From: Elusimicrobiota bacterium
Lineage (GTDB): Bacteria; Ratteibacteria; UBA8468; B48-G9; JAFGKM01
Direction: 5' to 3'
Assembly: GCA_012515635.1 (NCBI GenBank)
Contig: JAAYXZ010000019.1
Coordinates: forward strand, 1 to 40,741
Length of the DNA: 40,741 bases
The notes beneath the pieces were generated by a model, which was not told the DNA's origin, searched no databases, and worked only from the letters and a program-made list of their open reading frames with translations. A program made the translations under genes and the position numbers. This document shows, in pieces, positions 1 through 10,080 of this stretch. The number at the start of each line of letters is the position of its first letter. The first letter of the stretch is position 1.

Positions 1-139
1 CCTTTCTTCGGAAGGCCTCTTATTTTAACTTCTTTTATAAGAGGATGTCAAAGAGATGGATTGGTTAATGTTCGGAAGTTTTTGTGTGAGGTTTGTTTGT
101 AAAGGGGAGTGTTTTAATGTAAACTGGGGAGAGGTGCTT

Positions 140-412
140 ATGTTGAAACAAAAAACGGCGGGTTATGTCAATAAGGTGGTTGTCCTGGATACTTCTACAA
201 AATGGATATATATCGGGACTTTGGTAGAGGAGGATAACTCCTTTTTTGTGCTAAAGGAAGTGGATGCCTTTGATGTCTCGGATACAGCGTTAAGCAAGCA
301 GGAATATGTAAGGATGGTAAAGAAAGACGGGGTAGCGCCTAACAGGAGCAAGGCGCTGGTATTGAAAACGATAGTAACAGGGATAACTCTTGTGGAGGAT
401 ATCCTTATATAA
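140..412 (+). CDS. hypothetical small protein (91 aa)
   Basis: Part of ORF 56..412. The in-frame ATG at 140 is preceded by GGAGAGGTG (Shine-Dalgarno-like). I see no diagnostic motif. Confidence 0.5.
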   Translation: MLKQKTAGYVNKVVVLDTSTKWIYIGTLVEEDNSFFVLKEVDAFDVSDTALSKQEYVRMVKKDGVAPNRSKALVLKTIVTGITLVEDILI

Positions 413-662
413 TGAAAGAGCGTTTTTTTGCTGTTATGTCAGGGCTTTTGGCAGGGCTGTCTGTATATTTTTTTATCGGATGGATTTTTACAAGAAAAAC
501 GAGGATGGGGAAGAGGTATCTGTTGATGTGTCTTCTGTTTACAGCGGGGCTGGTTGCAGTTCTCTGTATGAGGCGATGAGCGGCGAGAGGCGTTTTTATC
601 TAAAAAGCGGTGTTCTGTATTACAGATAAGCGCTTATCTGACAGGAGGTCTTCCAAAAAATT

Positions 663-1259
663 ATGAGCAGTTTTCTTTATTTATGCGCCAGATTTTTAGG
701 CAAAATACTTTTTAAAACGTTGTTTCGTTTGGAGGTAAAAGGCAAGGAAAACCTTGCGGATATAGGGAGGATTTGTATTATCTCTTCCAATCATGAGAGT
801 TATTTAGACCCGCTTATACTGGGCTTGATTTTTCCTCGGCGGCTCAGGTATTTTTCCAAAAAAGAGATGTTTTCCATTCCTGTCCTTTCGTTCCTTATAA
901 GGCAGTTCGGGGCGATTCCGATAGATAGGGACGAGTCATCGTCTATCACGATGCGACAGGGTGTCAGGGTTATCAGGGACGGCGACTGGCTTGTGATTTT
1001 TCCTGAAGGGACAAGAAGTAAAACGAGGGAACTGCTGGCGCCGAAAGAGGGGCTTGGATTCCTTCATTACAAGACAGGAGCGCCTATTATTCCTGTGTAT
1101 ATCTCCGGGGCAGGGAGGGCGTTGCCTGTGGGCGCAAAGTTTATACGGTTTACTAAAATAAAGGTGTTTATAGGGGAGAAGATAAGCATTGGCGGGAAGG
1201 ACTATAAATATACGGCAGAGAAGGTGATGGAAGCGATAAAGGGATTGAAAGAGCGATGA
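663..1259 (+). CDS. plsC: 1-acyl-sn-glycerol-3-phosphate acyltransferase
   Basis: Acyltransferase motif I NHESYLDP (HX4D) and motif III FPEGTRS. Its stop overlaps the ispH start (ATGA). Confidence 0.85.
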   Translation: MSSFLYLCARFLGKILFKTLFRLEVKGKENLADIGRICIISSNHESYLDPLILGLIFPRRLRYFSKKEMFSIPVLSFLIRQFGAIPIDRDESSSITMRQGVRVIRDGDWLVIFPEGTRSKTRELLAPKEGLGFLHYKTGAPIIPVYISGAGRALPVGAKFIRFTKIKVFIGEKISIGGKDYKYTAEKVMEAIKGLKER

Positions 1260-2110
1260 AAAAATTGTTTGTTGCAAAAAATATAGGGTTCTGCTTTGGC
1301 GTGAAAAGGACTGTGGAGATGGCAGAGCGATTGCTTGCAGAGTATGGGGAGATTTATAGCACAGGCGATATTGTTCATAATCCTCTGGTTATGGACGCCC
1401 TTAAGGCAAAGGGGCTGAAGGTTGTGAAAAAAACCGCAGAGATAAAGGGTGAGCGGTTTATAGTCCGTTCACACGGAATAGGGATAGATGTCTTTGATTA
1501 TCTTGAGAAGCGGGGTATCAAGGTCTTTGATGCGACTTGCCCGTCTGTGAAAAAGATTCAATCCCTGATTAAAAAACTGGACAACAGGAAATATTCTATT
1601 ATAATAATAGGGAATGAACAGCATCCTGAGGTGATTGGACTTAAAAAGCACGGGAAAAACACTGTTGTTTTTGGCGGTAGTTGTTCTCCCGTAAAAATAA
1701 AGAAATCGGAGAGGGTGGCGGTAATAGGGCAGACGACCCTTTCGTTTGAGGAGTATATCAGAAGGATAAGATGCCTTATGGAGTTGTCCCCCGGCAGGGA
1801 AGTGATGGTCTATAACACTATATGCAAGGTAACGGGGGAGAGGCAAAAAGAGGCAGTAGAGATAAGCAAAAAGGCGGATGCTGTGTTTGTTCTTGGAGGC
1901 AGGCATAGTTCCAATACTGCAAAACTTTTTGAAACCGTAAAAAAACATAACAGAAGAGCGTTTTATATTGAGCAAATGAAAGATATAGAGGGAATATCTC
2001 TCGCAGGTATTAACTCTATAGGGCTGGTATCCGGGACATCAACCTCTGACGGGTTTATCTCAGAGGTGAAAAAATATATCAAAAAAAAAAGGTACAGGGA
2101 GGTGCAGTAG
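1256..2110 (+). CDS. ispH: 4-hydroxy-3-methylbut-2-enyl diphosphate reductase
   Basis: LytB-type N-terminus GFCFGVKRTVE, HNPLV, and conserved Cys positions (CFG, ATCP, NTICKVT). 284 aa. Confidence 0.9.
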   Translation: MKKLFVAKNIGFCFGVKRTVEMAERLLAEYGEIYSTGDIVHNPLVMDALKAKGLKVVKKTAEIKGERFIVRSHGIGIDVFDYLEKRGIKVFDATCPSVKKIQSLIKKLDNRKYSIIIIGNEQHPEVIGLKKHGKNTVVFGGSCSPVKIKKSERVAVIGQTTLSFEEYIRRIRCLMELSPGREVMVYNTICKVTGERQKEAVEISKKADAVFVLGGRHSSNTAKLFETVKKHNRRAFYIEQMKDIEGISLAGINSIGLVSGTSTSDGFISEVKKYIKKKRYREVQ

Positions 2111-2111
2111 A

Positions 2112-3464
2112 ATGACAAAAGAACTGGATGTAGGAAAACTGCTTGAAGAAAAGATATTGGGATTTAAGCCAGGCACTATGATTAAAGGCAAGGTAGTAAG
2201 GATTATGGATGAGTATGTTGTGATAGATATTGAATACAAATCAGAAGGGGTTGCCCTTAAAGAAGAGTTTAAAGGGGACAGCGTTTCAGAAGGGGAAGAG
2301 GTTGAGGTTGTTGTTGAATCTCTTGACCCTACCGAACACGGGTTTATTCCTTTGTCAAAAGAGAAAGCAGACCTGATTCTTAACTGGGAAAAAGTGGAGA
2401 AGAGTTATGAGACAGGAGGATGGATAGAGGGGACTATCTTTAGAAGCATTAAAGGCGGGTTCAGGGTGGATGTCGGTATTATCGCTTTCCTGCCGTCTTC
2501 TCAGGCAGATATAGCGCCGTTGACCAATTTATCATCATTGGTTGGTCTCCGTTCCAGATTTAAGATTATCAACCTTGATGCTGCGAGAAAAAATGTTGTG
2601 GTTTCAAGGCGGAAATATCTTGAGGAGGAGAGAGAGGAGTACAGGAAGGAGTATTTCACCAATATTCAGAAAGACCAACTGGTGACGGGTGTAGTGAAAA
2701 ACATTGTTGACTACGGGGCTTTTATTGAGTTGGAGTATGGGATAGTGGGGTTGCTGCATATAAATGATATGAGTTGGGGAAGAATCAGCCATCCTTCCCA
2801 AATGTTGAGCATAGGACAGGATGTGGAGATTGTGGTGCTGGAAGTGGATAAGGAAAAACAGGTGCTTTCGTTTGGGCTTAAGCAGAGAACGCCAAACCCT
2901 TGGGATGATATTGAGCAGAAGTATCCTGTGGGTTCTGTGGTTGAGGGGAAAGTGGTAAATATCACGGATTACGGAGCGTTTATAAAGATAGACGAGGGGA
3001 TAGAAGGGCTTTTGCATATATCGGAGATTTCATGGACGGGAAGGATAAAAAAACCCTCTGATGTGATTGCAATGGGAGATACCGTAAGTGTTCAGGTGAT
3101 AGATATGAAGAAAGAAGAACAGAAGATATCGTTCAGTTTGAAGAGTTTGGAGCCGAACCCCTGGCCTGAAATAGCGGAGAGGTATCCTGTGGGCAGTATA
3201 GTTAAAGGGAAGGTGTATAACATTACGGATTTTGGCGCTTTTGTTGAACTTGAGCCGGGCATAGACGGACTGTTGCATGTCTCAAATATAATGGATGAGG
3301 CGGTTAAGCATCCTTCAGAGGTTTTGAGAAAAGGTCAGAGAGTGGATGTGATGGTTCTTGAGATAGATTCTGATAATAAGAGAATCGCTTTAGGGATGAA
3401 GCAGATAGAAGGGGGGCAGGAGGTAACGGAAGAAGATGAGGGTTCTGATAGTCAAGAATTATGA
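2112..3464 (+). CDS. rpsA: 30S ribosomal protein S1 (multi-S1-domain)
   Basis: Repeated S1 modules (G.V..I.DYGAF..L..G..GLLHIS) occur at least four times, with an acidic C-terminal tail. It starts 1 nt after the ispH stop. Confidence 0.9.
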   Translation: MTKELDVGKLLEEKILGFKPGTMIKGKVVRIMDEYVVIDIEYKSEGVALKEEFKGDSVSEGEEVEVVVESLDPTEHGFIPLSKEKADLILNWEKVEKSYETGGWIEGTIFRSIKGGFRVDVGIIAFLPSSQADIAPLTNLSSLVGLRSRFKIINLDAARKNVVVSRRKYLEEEREEYRKEYFTNIQKDQLVTGVVKNIVDYGAFIELEYGIVGLLHINDMSWGRISHPSQMLSIGQDVEIVVLEVDKEKQVLSFGLKQRTPNPWDDIEQKYPVGSVVEGKVVNITDYGAFIKIDEGIEGLLHISEISWTGRIKKPSDVIAMGDTVSVQVIDMKKEEQKISFSLKSLEPNPWPEIAERYPVGSIVKGKVYNITDFGAFVELEPGIDGLLHVSNIMDEAVKHPSEVLRKGQRVDVMVLEIDSDNKRIALGMKQIEGGQEVTEEDEGSDSQEL

Positions 3465-4230
3465 GGAGTTATCAGTAAAGGCGGCGGAAGAGGTAGCGGA
3501 ACTTATTAAGAGGAAGCCAATTTGTGTGTTGGGGTTAGCCACAGGAGGCACTCCTGTAGGGATGTATAAAGAGTTGGCGCGGATGCATCAAAGCGAAGGG
3601 TTGGATTTCTCAGGTGTCGCCACTTTTAATCTTGATGAGTATTACGGGTTGGATGGCTCTCATCCCCATAGTTACAGGTGTTTTATGGATGCTAATCTTG
3701 TGGACGGGACAAACATAAACAGAGAGAATATGTTTATTCCGAACGGGAAGGTAGCCATAAAGGATGTAGAGGCGCATTGCGCGGAGTATGAAGAGAAGAT
3801 AAAGGAGGCGGGGGGAATAGACCTGCAGGTGTTGGGCATAGGGGGAGACGGGCATATTGCTTTCAATGAACCGGGGGCGTCCCTTGCTTCGCGAACAAGA
3901 TTGGTGGCGCTTAATGAGCAGACAATTAAGGATAACGCAAGGTTCTTTGCAAGCGCTGAAGAAGTGCCTGTATATGCAATCTCAATGGGTGTGGGAACAA
4001 TACTTGAAGCAAGGGAGTTGCTTGTGCTTGCCAATGGAGAGAAGAAAGCGGATATTGTGGCAAAGGCGCTTGAAGGGCCTCTGAGTTCATCAGTGGTTGC
4101 GTCTGTTATACAACTGCACCCGAAGGTTACTGTTATACTTGATGAAGAAGCCGCCGGAAAATTAAGCAGGGCTAATTTTTATAAGTTTGCGGCATCAATG
4201 GAAGGACAGGTCAGGTTAAAACTTTTTTAG
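3436..4230 (+). CDS. nagB: glucosamine-6-phosphate deaminase
   Basis: MRVLIV..YEELS N-terminus, GLATGGTP, and GIGGDGHIAFNEPG. It overlaps the rpsA 3' end by 29 nt. Confidence 0.85.
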   Translation: MRVLIVKNYEELSVKAAEEVAELIKRKPICVLGLATGGTPVGMYKELARMHQSEGLDFSGVATFNLDEYYGLDGSHPHSYRCFMDANLVDGTNINRENMFIPNGKVAIKDVEAHCAEYEEKIKEAGGIDLQVLGIGGDGHIAFNEPGASLASRTRLVALNEQTIKDNARFFASAEEVPVYAISMGVGTILEARELLVLANGEKKADIVAKALEGPLSSSVVASVIQLHPKVTVILDEEAAGKLSRANFYKFAASMEGQVRLKLF

Positions 4231-4239
4231 GGCAATGAC

Positions 4240-4626
4240 TTATCTCTGCGGTGAAAATATTGCGGTGGTGATGATGTTTTTGCCTTTGACAAAGAAGTTC
4301 AAGGTCAGTCCGCAGTCCCCTGCTCTGTCTTTTAGGACAGGATAAGGGGTGTCATTATCCCATATAATTGAAATATCCTTAAAGGAGAACTCTTTCTGTT
4401 GCGCGTCAGGCAGAGATTTCCATATTGCCTCTTTGAACGAGAAGGAGACCGCCATATAATAAGACCTGTTCTGCGCAGGGATGTGTTCTATCTCTTTTGT
4501 TGTGTATATCCGTTTGATAAATTTTTCTTTGTAGCGTTCTATCACTTTCTCTAATCGCTTTATATCCAGAATATCAATTCCTACGGTTATCTCCACGCGC
4601 CTCCCTTGAAAAAAGTTGCTATTCAT
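4240..4626 (-). CDS. acpS: holo-[acyl-carrier-protein] synthase (4'-phosphopantetheinyl transferase)
   Basis: GIDILDIKRLEK ... SFSFKEAIWKSL pattern typical of AcpS. The start is uncertain: ATG at 4626, or GTG at about 4596 behind GGGAGG. The ORF extends to 4653. Confidence 0.75.
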   Translation of the reverse strand: MNSNFFQGRRVEITVGIDILDIKRLEKVIERYKEKFIKRIYTTKEIEHIPAQNRSYYMAVSFSFKEAIWKSLPDAQQKEFSFKDISIIWDNDTPYPVLKDRAGDCGLTLNFFVKGKNIITTAIFSPQR

Positions 4627-4670
4627 TGTAAATTGAATAAAAGGTTTTGGCAACTTTTGGGGGAGATGAG

Positions 4671-5711
4671 ATGGTCTATAAAGGGGTGTGTATTCATAAT
4701 GTGGTGGAACTTGTTGAGAAGAGAGATGGAGTTGTTCCTTTAAGGATACCGGACAGTTTAAGGAGGGCTGTGAATGCGGGGGTTAGGTTGATGGCTTCGC
4801 AGGGCGCAGGCGTTGAGATGAGGTTTAATCTTAAGAGCAAGGGGGCAAAACTTGTTCTTAAATCAAAGGAGCGAGGGTGTTTTCTCGGGGAGATATTTCA
4901 AGGAAATTTTTTGGCGGAGAGTTTTTTTGTAAGCGATAGGGATTCGGATGTTGTTATAACCCTTCCGGAGAATATTGAGAAACTTAAAGAGTTGTCAAGA
5001 AGAGAGGGGATGGCGTTTGACGCAGGTCTGACACGGATAATTCTTCCGTATAATACGACCTGCGTAATTAAGGGGATAGAGGGCGATTTTGATTTGCCGC
5101 GGAAGGAGCAGATGCCTGAGGCAAGGTATCTTGCGTATGGCTCATCCATAACACACGGGCTTTATGCTGCAAGGCCTACGGAGACCTATGCAATGAGGAC
5201 AGCGCAGGCATTGGGGGCTGACTTGATAAATCTGGGGTTTGGCGGCAGCGCCCATTGTGAGCGGGAGATGGCAGATTATATTGCAGGGAGGGATGACTGG
5301 GATTTCGCAACCCTTGAGATGGGGATAAATATGATAGGCGATTTTGATGTTGAAGAGTTTAGGAGTCGTGTGGAGTATTTCATTCCGAAGATAGCGCAAG
5401 CCCATCCTGATAAATGGATATTCTGCATAGATGTGTTTCCTTTCTATTGTGATTTGGATACAGAGGCGCAAAAACAGAAGATGTTCAGAGATGTGGTAAA
5501 AGATGTGGTTAAGGGGATAAAGACGGAGAGAGTTAAACATATAGGCGGAAGGGATTTGTTGCGCGATTGGGCGGGGCTTTGCACAGATGTTCTTCATCCA
5601 TCGTCTCTGGGTATGGATGAGATAGCAAGGAATCTGACAGGGGTGATAAGCGGATATGCGCAACAGCGGAGAAAGGCATTTTTTAACAAAGGAGAGGCGA
5701 TTGTTGCCTGA
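4671..5711 (+). CDS. SGNH/GDSL-family hydrolase with N-terminal extra domain
   Basis: SGNH blocks: YGSSITHG (block I Ser), GFGGS (II), GINM (III), DVLHPS (V, DxxH). ATG at 4671 sits 5 nt after GGGGGAG. Confidence 0.7.
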   Translation: MVYKGVCIHNVVELVEKRDGVVPLRIPDSLRRAVNAGVRLMASQGAGVEMRFNLKSKGAKLVLKSKERGCFLGEIFQGNFLAESFFVSDRDSDVVITLPENIEKLKELSRREGMAFDAGLTRIILPYNTTCVIKGIEGDFDLPRKEQMPEARYLAYGSSITHGLYAARPTETYAMRTAQALGADLINLGFGGSAHCEREMADYIAGRDDWDFATLEMGINMIGDFDVEEFRSRVEYFIPKIAQAHPDKWIFCIDVFPFYCDLDTEAQKQKMFRDVVKDVVKGIKTERVKHIGGRDLLRDWAGLCTDVLHPSSLGMDEIARNLTGVISGYAQQRRKAFFNKGEAIVA

Positions 5712-5721
5712 TTGAGATAGG

Positions 5722-6024
5722 ATGGAGAGAGAGAAAAAAATTGCTTTTATCGGGAGGCAGGCAAGCATAGAGTTTTTTAGTGTCTTTGGGGCAGAGATGT
5801 TTCCTGTGCTGGACCAGCAACAGGCGTATGAGGTCATTGAAAAACTTAATGTTGCGGATTATTCGGTTATCTTTATGGCTGAAGAGGTCTTTGATAGCGA
5901 AAAGTTTCACCGTTATGTAATGGAGAAAAAACTGGTAGTGATTCCATCTTTGGAATCAAAAGAAGGGAAGGGTTATAGAATATTAGATGAACTTATAAAG
6001 AAGGCAATAGGTATGAAAGGGTGA
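5722..6024 (+). CDS. ntpF: V-type (A/V) ATP synthase subunit F
   Basis: 100 aa with the IAFIG......F...G pattern typical of V/A-type F subunits. It lies immediately upstream of, and overlaps, the A subunit. Confidence 0.7.
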   Translation: MEREKKIAFIGRQASIEFFSVFGAEMFPVLDQQQAYEVIEKLNVADYSVIFMAEEVFDSEKFHRYVMEKKLVVIPSLESKEGKGYRILDELIKKAIGMKG

Positions 6025-6029
6025 GACAA

Positions 6030-7790
6030 ATGGATAAAGGGAAGATTGTAAAGGTAAGCGGACCGCTTGTGCAGGCAGAAGGAATGAAGAGTGTGCGAAT
6101 GTATGATGTTGTGCGGGTTGGAGAAGATAAACTGATAGGCGAGATAATACGGATAGAGGGAGATATCGTATCTATTCAGGTATATGAAGAGACGGAAGGG
6201 CTGAAAGTGGGAGACCCTGTGGTGGGGACAGGGCTGCCTCTTGTTGTTGAACTTGGACCGGGGCTGCTCTCCAACATATTTGATGGAATACAGAGACCGC
6301 TGACTCAGTTAGAGATAACAGGGGATTTTATTGTCAAAGGAACTCAAATGCCTGCGCTGGACAGGAAAATAAAGTGGCAGTTTACGCCTCTGAAAAAGGC
6401 GGGGGATGTGGTTGGAGGCGGGGATTTCATAGGAGAGGTGCAGGAGACAGAGATATTAACACATAAGATAATGGTCCCTCCTGGAGTGGCGGGGGAGATA
6501 ATTGAGATAAAACAAGGAAGTTTCAATGTGGAGGAAGAGGTTGGCAGGGTGCGAAGAAAAGACGGGGAGGAAGAACCGCTTTATCTGATGCAAAAGTGGC
6601 CGGTAAGGATGAAAAGGCCTGTGCAGGAAAAGAGACCGCCTGTGGAGCCGCTTGTTACAGGTCAGCGGGTTATAGATATGTTATTTCCTGTAGCAAAAGG
6701 GGGGACTGCCTGTGTGCCGGGACCGTTTGGGTCAGGCAAGACGGTGATTCTTCATGCAATAGCGAAATGGGCGGATGCCCAGATTATCGTGTATATCGGG
6801 TGCGGTGAAAGAGGCAATGAGATGGCGGATGTGCTTATAGAGTTTCCTGAACTGAAAGACCCGGGGACAGGAAGGTCTCTGATGGAGAGGACAGTTCTGA
6901 TAGCCAATACGTCTAATATGCCGGTGGCGGCAAGAGAGGCGTCTGTATATACAGGGATAACAATAGCAGAGTATTTTAGGGATATGGGATATTCCGTCGC
7001 TCTTATGGCGGACTCTACAAGCAGGTGGGCTGAGGCGTTGAGAGAGATATCCGGGCGGTTGGAGGAGATGCCGGGTGAGGAGGGATACCCCGCATATTTA
7101 GGAACAACGGTTGCCTCGTTTTATGAACGGGCTGGGAGGAGTTTGTGTCTCGGGGGAAGAGAGGGCGCTCTCTCTGTCATCGGGGCGGTCAGTCCGCCGG
7201 GAGGGGACCTTACAGACCCTGTGGTGCAGATGACATTAAAGGTTGTGAAGGTGTACTGGGGGCTGGACGATACGCTTGCTTACCAGCGGCACTTTCCTGC
7301 GATAAACTGGCTTTCAAGTTATTCTCTGTATGAGGCAAGCGTCAGAGAGTTCTTTGAAAAGAATGTAGCGCAGGATGTTCCTTCTATCAGGCAGGAGGCG
7401 CTCTCTATTCTTGAGAAGGAATCGGAATTGATAGAGATTGTTCGGCTTGTGGGAATGGAGACCCTCTCTGCTAATGACCGCCTTATTCTTGATACAGCAA
7501 AAACAATAAGGGAAGATTTTCTGCATCAACTTGCTTTTGATGACAGGGATGCCTATACAACATTGAAAAAACAATATAGGATGTTAAAGGCGATTATACT
7601 TTTCCATCGTTATGCTTCAAGGGCTATTGAACAGGGCGTTCCTGTGGACAAGATTAGCGCTTTTCCTGTCAAGGAAGATATTGTGTCTATGAGGTATATT
7701 CCGCATTCCAAAGAAGGTGCGTTTGACTTGTTAGAGCAGGCGATAAAGGATGCTTTTATTGCTTCCGATATTGGGAATAAAGGGCTATAA
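6030..7790 (+). CDS. ntpA: V-type (A/V) ATP synthase catalytic subunit A
   Basis: G.I..VSGPLV N-terminus, Walker [16 protein letters not shown], and [10 protein letters not shown]. About 586 aa. The alternative GTG start is at 6021. Confidence 0.92.
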   Translation: MDKGKIVKVSGPLVQAEGMKSVRMYDVVRVGEDKLIGEIIRIEGDIVSIQVYEETEGLKVGDPVVGTGLPLVVELGPGLLSNIFDGIQRPLTQLEITGDFIVKGTQMPALDRKIKWQFTPLKKAGDVVGGGDFIGEVQETEILTHKIMVPPGVAGEIIEIKQGSFNVEEEVGRVRRKDGEEEPLYLMQKWPVRMKRPVQEKRPPVEPLVTGQRVIDMLFPVAKGGTACVPGPFGSGKTVILHAIAKWADAQIIVYIGCGERGNEMADVLIEFPELKDPGTGRSLMERTVLIANTSNMPVAAREASVYTGITIAEYFRDMGYSVALMADSTSRWAEALREISGRLEEMPGEEGYPAYLGTTVASFYERAGRSLCLGGREGALSVIGAVSPPGGDLTDPVVQMTLKVVKVYWGLDDTLAYQRHFPAINWLSSYSLYEASVREFFEKNVAQDVPSIRQEALSILEKESELIEIVRLVGMETLSANDRLILDTAKTIREDFLHQLAFDDRDAYTTLKKQYRMLKAIILFHRYASRAIEQGVPVDKISAFPVKEDIVSMRYIPHSKEGAFDLLEQAIKDAFIASDIGNKGL

Positions 7791-10080
7791 CCGCTTGCCC
7801 TGCGGAGATGCCTGCGTCATTGGCGGGGATGTGGTGATGGCAATAGACAGAGAAGCCGTTCCGGCGTAGGTCGGTCCAAGCCATATTAAGGAGAAGGTTG
7901 TTCTGAAACACTCCCCCTGAGAGAGCTACGCGGGATATGTTCTTTTCCTTCCGTATTTTTTTACATATTTCGGTAATCATTGCCGATACGGTTTTATTGA
8001 ATCTGTAGGAGATTATCTCTGTTGCTGTCCCTTTTTTTATATCCGCTACAATCTCTTTTATGATAGGGGAAGGGTCTATGACGAAAAGAGCGCCGGGTTT
8101 GTTGATATTGAAAAGATACTTCTTGGTATCTGTCTTTTGGGCGGTCATCTCAAGGCATACAGCCGCTTCTGCCTCATAGGCAATAGTGTCTCTTATCCCA
8201 AGTATTGCGGAGATGCCATCAAAGAGCCGTCCCATACTGGAAGCAGGCAGACAATTGATGTCTTTTTTCAGCATCTCTCCGATATATTCTGTGTTGCGGC
8301 GGTGTTTTTTCGTAAAGGGGATGTTTTGGCGTAAAAACTCGTCTCCGAAGGCGGTGTATAAAAGGGCGGCGCCGATTCTCCAGACATCCTTGATTGCCTT
8401 TGTTCCGCCCGGAAGCGGTATGTTGTCAAGAAAAGCGTATCTTTCATATTGCGTGTAGTCGGTAATAAGAAACTCGGCGCCCCGTATATCTCCGTCTTCT
8501 CCGTAGCCGGTTCCGTCAAAGGCAATGCCGATAATTTTTTCGTTAGGCAGGTTGTTGTCCATCATACAGGAAGCGATGTGGCTGTGGTGGTGCTGGATGC
8601 CTATGGTTTGTAGTTTTTTTTGTTTCGCCAGTTCTATTGCAAATTTTGTGGGGATATAGTCAGGATGCAAGTCATACGCAATTATTTCGGGAGAGAACCT
8701 GAATATGTTTGTGAAGCGGTTGAATACATCGGAATAGAAGTTGAATGATTCCATATTCTCCTGTGAGCCGGTGTGCTGACTCATTATAATCTGCTCTTCT
8801 CTGCCAAAGGCAAATGTGTTTTTCTCTTCAGCCCCTGCCGCAAAGACCTGTTTTTTGAAGCGAACAGGGGTTGTTATCGCTTCAGGTGTATAGCCGCGGG
8901 CTTTGCGTATTATGTAAGGTTTCTTTTCAGGAGATAGCCTTAATACAGAGTCGTCGCAACCTGTTTTTATGGGGCGGTTGTTGGTAAGGATATAATCGGA
9001 GATACCTGCAAGTTTTTTTAATTCTTTTTTGCTGTCCTTGAATATAATGGGGCTGTCAGCGATGTTGGCGCTTGTGGCTACAATGACATCAGGACAGCCG
9101 AAGAAGAATAAGAGGTGGTGGACAGGCGTATATGGCAGAAAGAATCCTAAGTATTTGTTGCAAGGGGCAACCTCATCGGGAATATCAGCGTTTGCCCTCT
9201 TTTTTAGCAGCACCACGGGAGTCCGCCATGATGTTAGCAGTTGCTCTTCCTCTTTGTTGACTGAGCAGTGTTGTTTGATGGTTTTGATGTCTCCCGCCAT
9301 AAGGGCAAAGGGCTTGTCTCCTCTTTTTTTCAATGTCCGTAATCTGTTTACAGCAAGAGTGTTTTTTGCGTCGCAGACAAGATGATAGCCGCCCGACCCT
9401 TTCACTGCCACAATGGAGCCCTCTCTTATCAGGTCGGCGGTCTTTTCTACGGCGTTTACTCCTCTGCTTAATATACGGTTTTTAGTCAGGAATATATCAG
9501 GTCCGCAGGTAAAACAACAATTGGGTTGCGCGTGAAATCTTCTGTTAGCGGCGTCGTTATACTCCTTTGAGCATAAGGGGCACATCTTGAATATCGTCAT
9601 TGAGGTGTTTTTCCTGTCATATGGGATATTCTCGGTGATGGTATATCGGGGACCGCAGTTTGTGCAGTTGATAAATGGAAAGAGATGGCGGCGGTCTTGA
9701 CGGTTAAAGAGTTCTTTCAAGCAATCATCACAGACAGCAATATCGGGAGAAATCTCAGTTTGTATGGTCCCTGTAATGCTTGGGGTTTCAATAATGCTAA
9801 AGTTCCTTTCATTTTTTAAGGATACAGCGGGTATTACTGAAAGGGTGGTTATGCGGGACCGTGAAGGGGGCAGGGTCTTTATCTTTTCAATAAAACGCTT
9901 TATATTGGCAGAGAGCCCTTCCGCTTCAATATAAACTCCGTCTGCGGCATTACATACAAAGCCGGTCAGTTTATTTTCAACAGCATACCTGAATACCGTA
10001 GGTCTGAACCCTACCCCCTGCACTCTACCGTTAATTAGGAGTTTTACTCTTCTTTTTATTAAGAGAACCATCGTTCCCAC
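7756..10080 (-). CDS. hypF: [NiFe]-hydrogenase maturation carbamoyltransferase HypF
   Basis: Acylphosphatase VQGVGFRP, two zinc-finger pairs ([15 protein letters not shown] and CPLC..CCFTCGP), a YrdC-like middle region and a Kae1-like C-terminus (NDAGIS.GQA). Confidence 0.93.
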   Translation of the reverse strand: MGTMVLLIKRRVKLLINGRVQGVGFRPTVFRYAVENKLTGFVCNAADGVYIEAEGLSANIKRFIEKIKTLPPSRSRITTLSVIPAVSLKNERNFSIIETPSITGTIQTEISPDIAVCDDCLKELFNRQDRRHLFPFINCTNCGPRYTITENIPYDRKNTSMTIFKMCPLCSKEYNDAANRRFHAQPNCCFTCGPDIFLTKNRILSRGVNAVEKTADLIREGSIVAVKGSGGYHLVCDAKNTLAVNRLRTLKKRGDKPFALMAGDIKTIKQHCSVNKEEEQLLTSWRTPVVLLKKRANADIPDEVAPCNKYLGFFLPYTPVHHLLFFFGCPDVIVATSANIADSPIIFKDSKKELKKLAGISDYILTNNRPIKTGCDDSVLRLSPEKKPYIIRKARGYTPEAITTPVRFKKQVFAAGAEEKNTFAFGREEQIIMSQHTGSQENMESFNFYSDVFNRFTNIFRFSPEIIAYDLHPDYIPTKFAIELAKQKKLQTIGIQHHHSHIASCMMDNNLPNEKIIGIAFDGTGYGEDGDIRGAEFLITDYTQYERYAFLDNIPLPGGTKAIKDVWRIGAALLYTAFGDEFLRQNIPFTKKHRRNTEYIGEMLKKDINCLPASSMGRLFDGISAILGIRDTIAYEAEAAVCLEMTAQKTDTKKYLFNINKPGALFVIDPSPIIKEIVADIKKGTATEIISYRFNKTVSAMITEICKKIRKEKNISRVALSGGVFQNNLLLNMAWTDLRRNGFSVYCHHHIPANDAGISAGQAVIALYSQYRKQ

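Noticed and set aside
1-44. Two small hairpins at the window edge: a cUUCGg tetraloop stem at 2..15, and CCTCTTAT-N13-ATAAGAGG at 16..44.
   Set aside because: They may be a terminator for an upstream gene. However, the window truncates the context, the stems are short and the T-tract is interrupted.
480-629. Small ORF (49 aa from the ATG at 480, within ORF 390..629) in the 250-bp gap before plsC.
   Set aside because: It has no Shine-Dalgarno and no recognisable motif, and the longer 390 start overlaps the upstream gene. I cannot support it as a gene without comparative data. The gap may simply hold the plsC promoter.
5142-5837. Long antisense ORFs. Examples: 5142..5837 (-), 15330..15914 (+), 16563..17096 (-), 18730..19419 (-), 21572..22120 (-), 32456..32980 (-), 33331..33846 (+), 40082..40708 (+).
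   Set aside because: Each lies entirely opposite a confidently recognised gene. Each has odd composition (rich in C/H/F/I/S/R, no motifs) and lacks a ribosome-binding site. They are typical shadow ORFs in a genome poor in stop codons on the antisense frame.
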